From: a virus | Strand: one strand, 5' to 3' | Length of the DNA: 64,000 bases | IMG/VR virus record: IMGVR_UViG_3300027706_000007 | Coordinates: 1 to 64,000 of that record | In this document: positions 18,987 through 28,580 of the stretch, in pieces | How positions within the stretch are numbered: the stretch's first letter is position 1 | Layout: the number at the start of each line of letters is the position of its first letter | Notes under the pieces: model-generated | Database searches by the model: none | Seen by the model: only the letters and a program-made list of their open reading frames with translations | What the model was told of the DNA's origin: nothing | Program-made: the position numbers and the translations under genes

Positions 18987-20759
18987 ATGCCTAAGCATGG
19001 AGATTTCGCCAAAATATATAGCAACTTTAAAAAACAGTATGGCGACCGCGCAGAAGAAGTGTTTCATCGCTGGCTAAATAAGTATGGACTCGACGACACA
19101 AAATCGCTCGATAGTCAGCGCGACAAATTAAAGTCGGAAGAGAAGCCCGGACAATATAGTTATGTGGTTCCGTATAAAGGTACGATATATAAGGTAGTCG
19201 CGGATATAGCATTAAATTATATTTCCGTAAGTCCTGAAGATAATCCAACGGACGAATTTTTTGTTCAGGGCGACCAAGTAAAGGAAATTTTTGGCCCGCA
19301 TTGGGAAAAACTTAGCCCCGAACAGATTATAGGTTTTCTCGATTCCGCGGGAGCGCTTCCATCGAAAGAGATGATAAAAAGCGACGAACCACCACTTGAG
19401 GTTGAAGGCATAACAGACAGTCGATATGGCGAAGGTATTTCTTCTCCTCTAAGTCCGGCCCCGAAAATGGGTGTTCAAGGGCCGCCCATCGAAACAAGTC
19501 AACCGCGCTACCCGGGCAGTGGAACGGGGCCTGAACCTAAAGAATATGAAGAAGTTGAGAAGTGCCCTTATGATAGCTTCCAGACATCTAACCCAGATGA
19601 AATGGATAAACATATGCAAGAACATTTTGAACGCGTAAGACGGACTGGACATTTTACTGAAGAAGTAAGTGAGAATCAGGGTACGCCTGTTGATATAGCG
19701 TTTCATTTATTGCAAAATGGCTTTTCTGTAAATGATGTGGCACTCGAACTTGTCAAACAATTTGATATGAGTATATCACAAGCACGCCGAACCGCGAATG
19801 AGGTATTGAAAACTATGCCACCATTTAAGGGTGAGGAATATGATTTGTCCGCGCGCTGTCCGTGGTGCAGTCAAATGTTTAGTTCGTTTCCCGAGATGGT
19901 AAGGCATTTCAATAGCGAACATAAGCATGAAGAAAACGCATTTGTCCCGCAAGAAATCATAACTAACATTAAATCTTTCATAACTAATAGTTTAGACGCG
20001 GGTTACGACATCTTTTCAATTGTAGAGTGGATACAGCGCTATTACGATTTATCGCGCAATGAGGCAGCTAAAATAGTTGAAGAATTATCCGGAAAAGACA
20101 TAAAAGAAAAACATGAAAAAACTCGATTTCCCGGAAAACGTGAAGGTTTTGATGATAGAGTTTTCAAAATTTTCGCGAATTATGATATAATTCTCAGTGC
20201 ACTAGGCGATTATTTAATCATAAAGAACGCGAAAACGGGAGATACGTTAGGATTAATAACGGGACAAGATTTAGATGATATGCTCGGTTTTCCACCAGAT
20301 GCAAATGACGTAGAACGCGAGCGGTTGGCGCGACAGGTTTCTCCAGCTACAATTAAAGCCGTAGTTGGTGAATGGTTATGGCGTACGGGCTTCCCAATAG
20401 AGAAACCGCTACCAGATTACGAGGAAAAATCAGAAGAAAAATCAGACCTTCAACCTCCAACTTCTCCATCGCAACCAAGTCCGCCAATGCCACCTTTAGG
20501 TACGGTCGTAGGTGGTGAACCCGAACCAAATCCTGAGGAGATACCTATAAAAGCAGGTAATGGAGTAGCTACAAACGATTTAATGCGCCAAGAAGAACGA
20601 GATGACGCGCCACTGAGTTTACTACAAAGAGAAGCGCGCGAATTATTGAGAAATCATAATTTTGAGACAACTGTAGCAACTCTCGCTGGTAAATACAATC
20701 TACCAATTTCAGTTGCACACGCGCTTGTAAGCGAGGTTTCATTAAGTCGCGCGGGATAA
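18987..20759 (+). CDS. Modular acidic multidomain protein (putative head-associated polyprotein)
   Basis: N-terminal MPKHGDF..YG..WLNK..LDDTK module, a C2H2 finger (CPWC..H..H), three helical repeats and Pro-rich linkers. Confidence 0.65.
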   Translation: MPKHGDFAKIYSNFKKQYGDRAEEVFHRWLNKYGLDDTKSLDSQRDKLKSEEKPGQYSYVVPYKGTIYKVVADIALNYISVSPEDNPTDEFFVQGDQVKEIFGPHWEKLSPEQIIGFLDSAGALPSKEMIKSDEPPLEVEGITDSRYGEGISSPLSPAPKMGVQGPPIETSQPRYPGSGTGPEPKEYEEVEKCPYDSFQTSNPDEMDKHMQEHFERVRRTGHFTEEVSENQGTPVDIAFHLLQNGFSVNDVALELVKQFDMSISQARRTANEVLKTMPPFKGEEYDLSARCPWCSQMFSSFPEMVRHFNSEHKHEENAFVPQEIITNIKSFITNSLDAGYDIFSIVEWIQRYYDLSRNEAAKIVEELSGKDIKEKHEKTRFPGKREGFDDRVFKIFANYDIILSALGDYLIIKNAKTGDTLGLITGQDLDDMLGFPPDANDVERERLARQVSPATIKAVVGEWLWRTGFPIEKPLPDYEEKSEEKSDLQPPTSPSQPSPPMPPLGTVVGGEPEPNPEEIPIKAGNGVATNDLMRQEERDDAPLSLLQREARELLRNHNFETTVATLAGKYNLPISVAHALVSEVSLSRAG

Positions 20760-20795
20760 AATATAAATATGAGTTCCGAAAAATAGTAAATATAC

Positions 20796-21782
20796 ATGCC
20801 CCGTAGAGATGCAGATAAAGAATTAAAAGCATGGTTAAATAAAGTGGGTCATATAGGAGAAGAATATCTTTCGTTCTTTGAAGCTAAATCATATCCATGG
20901 AATAAGTGTATTCGCGACCAGATGAAGCGATATGGAAATAAAAAGACCGCGGAAAAGGTTTGCGGCTATATACGCGCTAAATATGGAAAACATGAAGATG
21001 CGCCCGATGATATTGAAAAAGAAGTATATGAATGTGTAGAAGATGGCTATGTTGGAAAATTTGAAGAAGTATCTGACCATATTTATAATATTCATGTAAA
21101 AGGCAAGAAGAAAGAAGAAGAATTAACATGTGAAAATTGTGGCTCTTCTGACAATGTACATTTAGACCCACATACCGACAAAGCCTTATGTCGTGAGTGT
21201 TATAATATTGTTCGGGGTAGATATGAAGAAGAGGAAGCCGAACCTAAAGTCAAACATCAAACTGTAGATAAGAGCGCGCTGGAGAATTTACTACATGATG
21301 ATTCCATTCAAGTATTATCATGGGTTCCCGTTGGTGAGTCTAGTTACAAAATATCATGGCGCGATAAAACGCCTGAAACATCAGTACTTAGTCATCCGAG
21401 ACGAGAAGACGAAGAAACCACCAAAAAAGAAGCTGCGCTCGTAATAGAAACGTGGGATAGCTTGAATCAGCTTATAAAAGACACAGTTAATGCGGTCTAT
21501 AAAGCCGAGTCCAACTTAACACAACCCGCTTTTACGCCCGCAACATTGGCACCTCCGCGTGCGCAGCCCGTACCAGAAGCAATGGTAGATACTGTTATAA
21601 ACGTCCCAAAGGACGAATATCCAACATTTCCAAAATCAATGTTCTTTGGCCCGGATTTCGATAAAATTGGAGATATCGTAAAAGATTTCAGAAAATACTT
21701 GATAGATATAGGCTATAATAACCCAGAGATATTGAAACAGTGGCTCGAACATGCGAAGAAAGCAGGCGCTGATTGGATGTAA
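20796..21782 (+). CDS. Modular acidic protein (putative head-associated)
   Basis: YPWNKCIRDQ..YG...AEKVCG module, CENC...CREC finger, and a domain shared with ORF 48405. Confidence 0.6.
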   Translation: MPRRDADKELKAWLNKVGHIGEEYLSFFEAKSYPWNKCIRDQMKRYGNKKTAEKVCGYIRAKYGKHEDAPDDIEKEVYECVEDGYVGKFEEVSDHIYNIHVKGKKKEEELTCENCGSSDNVHLDPHTDKALCRECYNIVRGRYEEEEAEPKVKHQTVDKSALENLLHDDSIQVLSWVPVGESSYKISWRDKTPETSVLSHPRREDEETTKKEAALVIETWDSLNQLIKDTVNAVYKAESNLTQPAFTPATLAPPRAQPVPEAMVDTVINVPKDEYPTFPKSMFFGPDFDKIGDIVKDFRKYLIDIGYNNPEILKQWLEHAKKAGADWM

Positions 21783-21826
21783 AAAATTAGAAAGATTTAT
21801 AAGTCTCACATAAAACCTATAGTACA

Positions 21827-22186
21827 ATGCCAATTATATGTCAAACGCATCACGTGATTATAACAGATGATAACGCAGTAGACCATGAGAACCCTGAATG
21901 TGTCCTAATCTCAGCAGGTGGGTCGGTAATAGGAGCCTCGGGGGTTCAAGAACTTAAAAATACGCGTCCACCCGCTGAACTTCTGACCGAACAAAATAAA
22001 CCGTTAAACAATTCTGCTCAACCTCCGAAAGACCCGATAATCACTACACCCGGAAATGGGCCGATAGTAGCAAATAGTCAAACTGTAGCACCATCTACAG
22101 TACAAGAGCGTAAAGTTGAGATTGTGGGTCAATATATAGTAGACCCAAAAACGGGGAAATTAATTCCGATGAATCAAAAAACGTAA
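21827..22186 (+). CDS. Hypothetical protein
   Basis: Own TATA box; Pro-rich. Confidence 0.5.
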   Translation: MPIICQTHHVIITDDNAVDHENPECVLISAGGSVIGASGVQELKNTRPPAELLTEQNKPLNNSAQPPKDPIITTPGNGPIVANSQTVAPSTVQERKVEIVGQYIVDPKTGKLIPMNQKT

Positions 22187-22208
22187 ATAGGGGCGCGCGA
22201 TTAGCTAC

Positions 22209-22442
22209 TTGATGAGCGATATCTATAAGACTAACGTAACCTTTTACCAGAAAAGTGATAATTTACAACTTTTTATGGTAAAATCTGAGAATTCTCCGCT
22301 GTCATATATGGTAATTTTCAATGGAGACGAGAAAATCTGTAGTTGTCCAGACTATTTCTTTAGAAAAAATGAATGTAAGCACATAAAAAATGCTACTTTA
22401 TTTTTACAATTAGAGGATGCAATAACGGGGCTGCTTCAATAA
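22209..22442 (+). CDS. SWIM zinc-finger protein
   Basis: CSCPDY...CKHI. Confidence 0.8.
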   Translation: MMSDIYKTNVTFYQKSDNLQLFMVKSENSPLSYMVIFNGDEKICSCPDYFFRKNECKHIKNATLFLQLEDAITGLLQ

Positions 22443-23092
22443 AAGAAAGATTCCAAAGGTAGTGGGAGTAAATCTGATGGTGTTATTTTATTCGCGGCCA
22501 ACAGATAAGCGCGCGCGAGCAAATAATAAAATACGCCAATTGCTCGCGTGTTGAACGTGTTAAACGGAACAATGTAATCAACATGCTCCAAAATTGCGTT
22601 TGAATTGCAACCCGAGTACACAGGTATATGTTGTTTGCTCGCTTCGAGAGCTAGCCGCGCCTCATTTTTGAAATCTTCTTCAGTTATACTTACTGACCTT
22701 TGCGGATTAGCCATATGGAAAACTTCTGGTCTGCCGCGCATGATGTCCATTAAAAGAACTACGCCCGTGTTAGATGAGAGTTGTGGATTAGATAAAATCC
22801 CGGGCAAAACACGCTTAAAAACGGTGTTAACTCCGGTTAGCTGTTTGAATGAGTCTAGTGCGTTCTCCGCATTCGGATGGCTTGAATAAACAAGTACTTC
22901 ATTGGGATTATATTCGTTCAAAACTTTCCCGAGAAGATGTATTCTGCGCAAAATAAAACTGAGTGGAAATATATTCGCGCCATTAACCTGTTCAACATAC
23001 GGACGCATATATCGCGAAACACGAGGTGATGCTATATGCAATCCAAATTCACGTAACTTCTCTTCTGATAATATTTCTGTTATGGATGCCAA
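22436..23092 (-). CDS. rps2: Divergent archaeal-type 30S ribosomal protein uS2
   Basis: GLHIA (GxHIG), MRPYV, RVLPGILSNP (RFxPGxLTNP), EASKQHIPV, VDYIVPFN, YYLLAR, LPLPLESF. Lacks the bacterial coiled-coil insert. Confidence 0.88.
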   Translation of the reverse strand: MASITEILSEEKLREFGLHIASPRVSRYMRPYVEQVNGANIFPLSFILRRIHLLGKVLNEYNPNEVLVYSSHPNAENALDSFKQLTGVNTVFKRVLPGILSNPQLSSNTGVVLLMDIMRGRPEVFHMANPQRSVSITEEDFKNEARLALEASKQHIPVYSGCNSNAILEHVDYIVPFNTFNTRAIGVFYYLLARAYLLAANKITPSDLLPLPLESFFY

Positions 23093-23143
23093 TTTCTAGG
23101 AATCGTTTAAATAGACCCTTATAAAAAGTTTGTTAGAAATTTT
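23093..23143. promoter_or_regulatory. Overlapping divergent BRE/TATA promoters for uS2 and the Cas4-like gene
   Basis: tttaaata on + (~23106) and tttttataag on - (~23127-23118), each about 25-35 nt from its start codon. Confidence 0.6.
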
Positions 23144-23872
23144 ATGTTGACACACAGCGAGGTCGAAAAAAACGTAGAAGCTTTATTCATGGATAAAATG
23201 ATAAATTATGTCTCAGCCGATAGGCGCGGATTGCACGTATCAAATTTAGTATATTCATGTATGCGCAAAGGATATTGGGATATGGTGCGTGAAAGCACGA
23301 GCACAAATCCGGTTCGGTCACTTGACGAAGACCAAGTTCTTACATTTGCGCTAGGAAAGATGGTTCACGAAGTACCGATTACTGATGCACATGAAACACC
23401 ACTACAAATTAGCACACTAACGGGCACGACTGACGAGATTCTGAACAATGAAGATGGGAGCATTACAATTATCGATAAGAAAACTTGCACTACGCTACCG
23501 CTAAAACCTTATGAGCAGCATCTGAACCAAATCAAGTACTACGCGGTGATGCTTTATGAAAAACCGGAATATAAAGGCAAAGTTATGTGGGGTTGCGTAC
23601 TTTATATCCAGCTTGGAACAGACAAATCTAGCACTGGAAAACATATAAAAGCTTTCGCCTTCCCTATAGATGTAACAGAAACGCGCGAAGAGTTAATAAG
23701 AAAAATCTCAATTATGAATGAAGCGATGAAAACTAAAGTGCCTCCAGACAGTACTTATAGCTGGCTCTGTAATTATTGTGAGTGGTATACACCCTGTAGA
23801 TTACGAGATGCGAAAGATAAAAGATGGCGCGAGTTCTTTCCGCCTTCAGAACTCCCACCGGAAAACGAATAA
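23144..23872 (+). CDS. Cas4-like PD-(D/E)xK exonuclease
   Basis: N-terminal C (SCMRK), GTTD...IIDKKT, QIKYYA, C-terminal CNYCEWYTPC (Fe-S ligands). Confidence 0.85.
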   Translation: MLTHSEVEKNVEALFMDKMINYVSADRRGLHVSNLVYSCMRKGYWDMVRESTSTNPVRSLDEDQVLTFALGKMVHEVPITDAHETPLQISTLTGTTDEILNNEDGSITIIDKKTCTTLPLKPYEQHLNQIKYYAVMLYEKPEYKGKVMWGCVLYIQLGTDKSSTGKHIKAFAFPIDVTETREELIRKISIMNEAMKTKVPPDSTYSWLCNYCEWYTPCRLRDAKDKRWREFFPPSELPPENE

Positions 23873-23875
23873 AAA

Positions 23876-24172
23876 TTATTGTTTACTATACAAGTAGAGA
23901 GATATACGATTCGCGTATCCTCCCGCGTTACGTCTGCTCACATATTGAGTTTTCACCAGTTTCATCTCACGAAGAACTGCCAACGCTTCATAGATACGTC
24001 CTATTGAATAGCCCGTGATTATTCGTAGTTGAGCTACACTTAGAGGTTTTTTAGAGTTTTTTAACGCGCCCAAAACGATGCGCTCGCGCTCGGTAAGGAT
24101 AACTCGATGATTTTCGAGAATTGTCTCATCTGCAACTGAATCCAGCGTTTCGCCAAATCTCCTTTTAAGCAT
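23876..24172 (-). CDS. Winged-helix (TrmB/MarR-like) transcription regulator
   Basis: LTERERIVL...LSVAQL...GYS..RIYEALAVLREMKLV. Confidence 0.75.
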   Translation of the reverse strand: MLKRRFGETLDSVADETILENHRVILTERERIVLGALKNSKKPLSVAQLRIITGYSIGRIYEALAVLREMKLVKTQYVSRRNAGGYANRISLYLYSKQ

Positions 24173-24178
24173 TTGTTA

Positions 24179-24982
24179 TCACTCATGTACATATACTTGT
24201 TGCGCGGCAGGATGGAATGAGATTGTTACAGTACCAACTTTCTTTGCAGGCAATAGTCGTTTTTCTGGATATGTATCCGTGCCTTCCATATAAGATTCTA
24301 AAAATGAACCGGCTGATACAAATATTTTCGGAACTTTGAGTAATTTTCCGCGTGAATCTATAGTTAACACGGGGCGTTTTTCCGCAATCACGTTATGAGT
24401 ATGCCCTGTGATATATATGTCTGCTTCAAATCCTGTCATCAATTCTTCAAGTTTATTTAAATTTCCACCCACTTTAGTTCCACCATAATAACTGTGCCCA
24501 CTAAAGATTCTAGTTTGTGCCATAATTTTTTTGTTATAACGAAAACGTAAAAGTGTAAATGCAGAAAATCCTAGATATGGGAGACCTAAATCGCGCGCCA
24601 ACTCTAGAACATATCTGTGTCCCGTCTTATCCGCTAGTGCCCAATCGTGATTACCTTCATGTAGTCCGAGTCCTCTGGTTTTTATACGCTCAAAATATTC
24701 TCGAACTTTATTATACTGTTCGTCAGGAGTTAAAAATTCGCGTGAAACTTCCATGTATGAAAATCTCTTATCAGTTTGCAATCCAGATTGTGCAATAATC
24801 GCGTCCGCGAAATCACCCAATCCTATCCAATAGCGCGTGGGGTCGGTCTCTATCGCGCGTAACCGTTCTTCAAATTTAGCTTTCGCAAAATTAACCTGCC
24901 CCACATGGATATCGGAGAGGGGTTCCAAGTTAATTATATCATCCTTTTTTTGTAGTTCTATTTCGTAAATTTGGGTATGCAA
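24179..24982 (-). CDS. Calcineurin-like metallophosphoesterase
   Basis: SDIHVG, GDFAD, GNHD, GH and GHTH. Confidence 0.88.
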   Translation of the reverse strand: MHTQIYEIELQKKDDIINLEPLSDIHVGQVNFAKAKFEERLRAIETDPTRYWIGLGDFADAIIAQSGLQTDKRFSYMEVSREFLTPDEQYNKVREYFERIKTRGLGLHEGNHDWALADKTGHRYVLELARDLGLPYLGFSAFTLLRFRYNKKIMAQTRIFSGHSYYGGTKVGGNLNKLEELMTGFEADIYITGHTHNVIAEKRPVLTIDSRGKLLKVPKIFVSAGSFLESYMEGTDTYPEKRLLPAKKVGTVTISFHPAAQQVYVHE

Positions 24983-25021
24983 GTGCGACAGCAGCCTTAG
25001 AAATGAGCTATAATATAAGAG

Positions 25022-25651
25022 TTATGCGTGTTTTGGAGTATCAAACGCGCGGATGTCAACATCATGCGTTTTTAAGTATGCAATAAGTTCGGGAAAAGAA
25101 GCATTAACAGGTATGGGGGCCACTCGGAGTAATTCTTTAACGGAAATAAATAAATTTGGAGCTACCATGTAAGTAGGATAAATCACGCCTTTTACATATT
25201 TTTCAAACATGTTAGGTTTGTTTTGCGAGCAATTTTTTAATTTATGCGACCAGCGATTGACCTCTGCGTATATATTATTACTCGTATAATTATATATTAT
25301 ATTATTATATAATAGTATATTATACTTACTATATAATATATCGCGTATACTATTACTAGTGTAACTATCTACGAGTATTAATATATGCGAATAGTCGAGT
25401 CCGTTTGCAATCCCCGTAACTAAATTTAGCGCTTTAACAATTTTGTTATCCGTGAGAAAGAAAAGCGACGTACGCTCAAAAGAATTCGAATAAAATAACT
25501 GAGTCCAAAAAGTTTTATAGTCGTTGGAAGTTACTACAATTTTATCTATGTCCTTATCTAACATAAGTGAACGTTTAATAAAAGGTTCTCCATTGACGGT
25601 TAATAGTTCAGAGGGTATAGCAGCTATAAGAAATGCTATAAGCAGTTTCAA
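25022..25651 (-). CDS. Degenerate MobA/IspD-like nucleotidyltransferase fold
   Basis: LLTVNGEPFI...IDKIVVTS...TGIANGL..ILILVD; the Gly-rich nucleotide loop is missing. Confidence 0.45.
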   Translation of the reverse strand: MKLLIAFLIAAIPSELLTVNGEPFIKRSLMLDKDIDKIVVTSNDYKTFWTQLFYSNSFERTSLFFLTDNKIVKALNLVTGIANGLDYSHILILVDSYTSNSIRDILYSKYNILLYNNIIYNYTSNNIYAEVNRWSHKLKNCSQNKPNMFEKYVKGVIYPTYMVAPNLFISVKELLRVAPIPVNASFPELIAYLKTHDVDIRAFDTPKHA

Positions 25652-25731
25652 TATGCAGCTACGCGTACAATTTCACTTTAAAAAGGTATCGTAAAAAACT
25701 TTAAATATATAAATTATATTTTGAATAAATA

Positions 25732-27597
25732 ATGGCAACGGATACCGAGGAAAAGCAAAAGCGCTCATTTTTCGGAAATATTTCACGTTTATTTTCGAGC
25801 GCTCCTAAAAGCGAGACCACTCCTAGCACATTTACTGCGAGCTATAAACCACCAACGTGGTCACAATATGAACAGGCTGACCGAGGTGAAGCGTGGTGGA
25901 GACAATATGCATGGGAAGAATATGCTACAAAAACTCTCCCGGGTTTAGGTCTCGGATTCACAGTTTATCCATATATAGCTATTTGGGAAAAGATTTGGGG
26001 AGCCGTACCAACAGAAGATTACGGTAAATATAAGCAGCTATTTGTGCAAGACCCTCTAGTTGGCCAGACTATAATTTTACATTCGATTATGACACTGGGA
26101 CAGGGTTTTGATATTGAATATCCGCTCGACATGGTTAAACGGGATGTTGAAGCATTTTTCCATAGACACGACATTTTCAACTTGCTTAAAATCGTCGTTT
26201 CAAATCAGCTTCTATTCGGGAATGCGTATGTTGAAGTAGTTAGAACGTGGGTATGTCCCGAGACTGGCCATGACTTAGAAGCGCTGCGCGTAAGTTGGGA
26301 AATGGATTATAGTCCGGAAACTGGGAAAGGTGGCTATTGGTGGACTGACCGAATGGATGTCGCATATAAACACAATCTTTTGTATCCTAGTCACAAATTA
26401 GTAAATCCATATGGAGAAATTTTGCGTCTTCGGCCGCTTGACCCGAGCTATATGAGAGTGCGAAGAGATGCCTATGGGACAATTCTCGGTTATATACAGT
26501 ATTACGTCTTTCCTCTCGTAACTTTTCTAGCAGATGAGGTACTACATTTCCGCTGGTGGCCTTCATCGTGGACATATGAGAGCGTTTATGGAACATCAAT
26601 GCTAAGGCCAATTCTATTTTACGAAGAAGCAATTCGAAGTTTCGAAACTCAGATGGTGCAGGTTACAAATGTCTATCTAAAACCTTATTTCCTCGTTCAT
26701 GTTGGTGGCCCAAAAAATCAAGAAGCCACCGTTGAACAGTTCAATGCAATCAAACGCGCTTTTGAGAGTCAGCCGCCCGGCAGTAATATCTTCGTTCGTT
26801 CGGGCGCATTAATCGATGTAAAACCACTTGAAGCTCCAATTCAGCATTTGCCCGCGATAGAATTTTGGCTCAAATGGGCGCACAATATGCGATATTACGC
26901 GTTGATGGTTCCAAAAGCCCTCGTTGACCCGCAGGGTCTTAATCGTGCAACCGCGAGAACACTTGAGAATGCTTATTTCACATTTATATCAAATATTCGT
27001 TCATCTCTTAGCGCGCAACTAGAAAATCCGGAAGGCGGACTAATGGTGTTAATATTAAAATCTTTGTATGGGGAACTCGCAGACGAATTAATTAAGCAAT
27101 TTGGCGTTCCACGCATAATTTGGAAAGCATTACATCAAGAGAACATTCAAGATAAAATTGCGAATATTTCAGTTCTGTATGAAAAAGGTTTAGTTACATT
27201 TAATGAAGCGCGCGAATATCTCGGATGGAGACAACTTTCTCGTAGCGAGATACGCGAACTAACGGAAATGAGACTCGGAATGAGTGGTGGAGGCCCCGTT
27301 AGAAAGACTCCCAGCATGGCAGGGGGTTCTCTCGAAGGCCTAATTGAAACTGGCGCTCCTGAGATGGAACTTTCTTCACAAGAAGTCGAAGGAACTTCAC
27401 CACCAGCACCAGCAAAAGGAAAAATGGAAGCATTTAATTCGATAGAAGGCACATTTAATGCGATGCGGAACTATGACGTAGATTTATATATCGCTCACCT
27501 TTTAGACCAGATACAAAAAGAGATGGCAAAAGGTAATGTAGAGACAGCCAAATATCTACAAAATATAGTCGATGAAGAACTCGAAGATGAAGAATAA
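25732..27597 (+). CDS. Portal protein
   Basis: LLFGNAYVEV, LRPLDPSYMRVRRD.YG, EVLHFR, YGTS, VPKAL, NRATA, GLVTFNEAREYLG. Confidence 0.92.
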   Translation: MATDTEEKQKRSFFGNISRLFSSAPKSETTPSTFTASYKPPTWSQYEQADRGEAWWRQYAWEEYATKTLPGLGLGFTVYPYIAIWEKIWGAVPTEDYGKYKQLFVQDPLVGQTIILHSIMTLGQGFDIEYPLDMVKRDVEAFFHRHDIFNLLKIVVSNQLLFGNAYVEVVRTWVCPETGHDLEALRVSWEMDYSPETGKGGYWWTDRMDVAYKHNLLYPSHKLVNPYGEILRLRPLDPSYMRVRRDAYGTILGYIQYYVFPLVTFLADEVLHFRWWPSSWTYESVYGTSMLRPILFYEEAIRSFETQMVQVTNVYLKPYFLVHVGGPKNQEATVEQFNAIKRAFESQPPGSNIFVRSGALIDVKPLEAPIQHLPAIEFWLKWAHNMRYYALMVPKALVDPQGLNRATARTLENAYFTFISNIRSSLSAQLENPEGGLMVLILKSLYGELADELIKQFGVPRIIWKALHQENIQDKIANISVLYEKGLVTFNEAREYLGWRQLSRSEIRELTEMRLGMSGGGPVRKTPSMAGGSLEGLIETGAPEMELSSQEVEGTSPPAPAKGKMEAFNSIEGTFNAMRNYDVDLYIAHLLDQIQKEMAKGNVETAKYLQNIVDEELEDEE

Positions 27598-27636
27598 AAT
27601 TTTACATAAACATTTATGTACCGCACGCACGGCTGA

Positions 27637-28440
27637 TTGCCTATGTCCGACAATGACAAAGATTTCCTGAAAACGTTTCTAAATGAGCGAATGAATTATT
27701 ATGCAAATAAAAAAGCCCCTACCACAATTTCTGACATAACAGAAATTGGGCAAACTATGACTGATGTTGAGGCTCAGGTTTTGGCACTCCAATATTATTA
27801 CGTATACTGGGGTTGTCCATATTCCACTGCGGGCCTGCATGTGGATGGCCCTGTGAAGACCATATGCAATTGTAAAAAGTGTAACGGGCGCGAAGTTATA
27901 GCACAACAAGAGCGACGTTTTTCACTTTTAGCTAGCACAGGTACAGATAATACCGTGCTTTTGATACGCGTTCCAGCTTTCTTATCGACGTTCCCCTATT
28001 CGCCGACCGAAGTTCGAGACGAATTCGAAAAACAGTTCTTAGGAAAGATTGTGGTTTTTTCTGGAAAATTTGATGGAATGCGTGAAATAACTATCCAAGC
28101 CACGCCAAAGTCACCGTCTATGCGAGTAAATGCTATGGAAATTAGTGTGAGCAAATTAAAGATTAAAGATGTTAATCCAGCAAAGTCTGTTACTTCGACC
28201 GGTGATAGTAGCTCCTACCCCTCGAAGTCATTTTTGGATGACCCTGCAGCCCAAGCAACAATAGCAACACTGAAAACTTGGATTAAATTTATTGCTCCTG
28301 ATTATACAGTTGCTGAAAGCGTTTTGCGCGAATATGTCACAAATAGACTTCATCTAGCTTTTGAAATGGTACAACCGATGTTTGAAGTTAAAGAAGTTGA
28401 TGGAATAAAGAAATATAAATTTAAATCAGAATATTTCTAG
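27637..28440 (+). CDS. RPA-like OB-fold/Zn-finger ssDNA-binding protein (putative)
   Basis: YWGCP...CNCKKC...RFSL...TGTD resembles the RPA C-terminal OB fold with Zn insert. Confidence 0.5.
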   Translation: MPMSDNDKDFLKTFLNERMNYYANKKAPTTISDITEIGQTMTDVEAQVLALQYYYVYWGCPYSTAGLHVDGPVKTICNCKKCNGREVIAQQERRFSLLASTGTDNTVLLIRVPAFLSTFPYSPTEVRDEFEKQFLGKIVVFSGKFDGMREITIQATPKSPSMRVNAMEISVSKLKIKDVNPAKSVTSTGDSSSYPSKSFLDDPAAQATIATLKTWIKFIAPDYTVAESVLREYVTNRLHLAFEMVQPMFEVKEVDGIKKYKFKSEYF

Positions 28441-28580
28441 TGAGATTGTCTACATATATTCTTTCGCTCTATCCACGTTTTCCAATCTGCGCGCGCTTTT
28501 GCTAGGTGACACGCGCCACAAAGTTTGCGCGTTCGTTTACTGTTGAACGCACAACCACACCAAACGCACGTAAGTTTCAT
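28437..28580 (-). CDS. Small Zn-finger protein (47 aa, not in ORF track)
   Basis: MKLTCVWCGCAF...LCGACH...; ATGA overlap with the acetyltransferase stop. Confidence 0.65.
   Translation of the reverse strand: MKLTCVWCGCAFNSKRTRKLCGACHLAKARADWKTWIERKNICRQSH

Noticed and set aside
18987-21782. Major capsid protein or prohead protease
   Set aside because: No HK97-fold or protease catalytic pattern recognised; these genes are probably outside the window.
22436-23092. Host chromosomal contamination or provirus boundary
   Set aside because: Flanked by viral-type genes with the same composition and promoter style; no neighbouring rpo or ribosomal genes, integrase or att site seen.
23144-23872. Cas4-like gene as a sign of a CRISPR system or mini-array
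   Set aside because: No repeat-spacer array or other cas genes seen; solo Cas4-like nucleases are common in archaeal viruses.
25260-25390. TA-rich low-complexity tract as an origin or repeat array
   Set aside because: It lies inside an ORF encoding Tyr/Asn/Ile-rich sequence and has no regular repeat unit.
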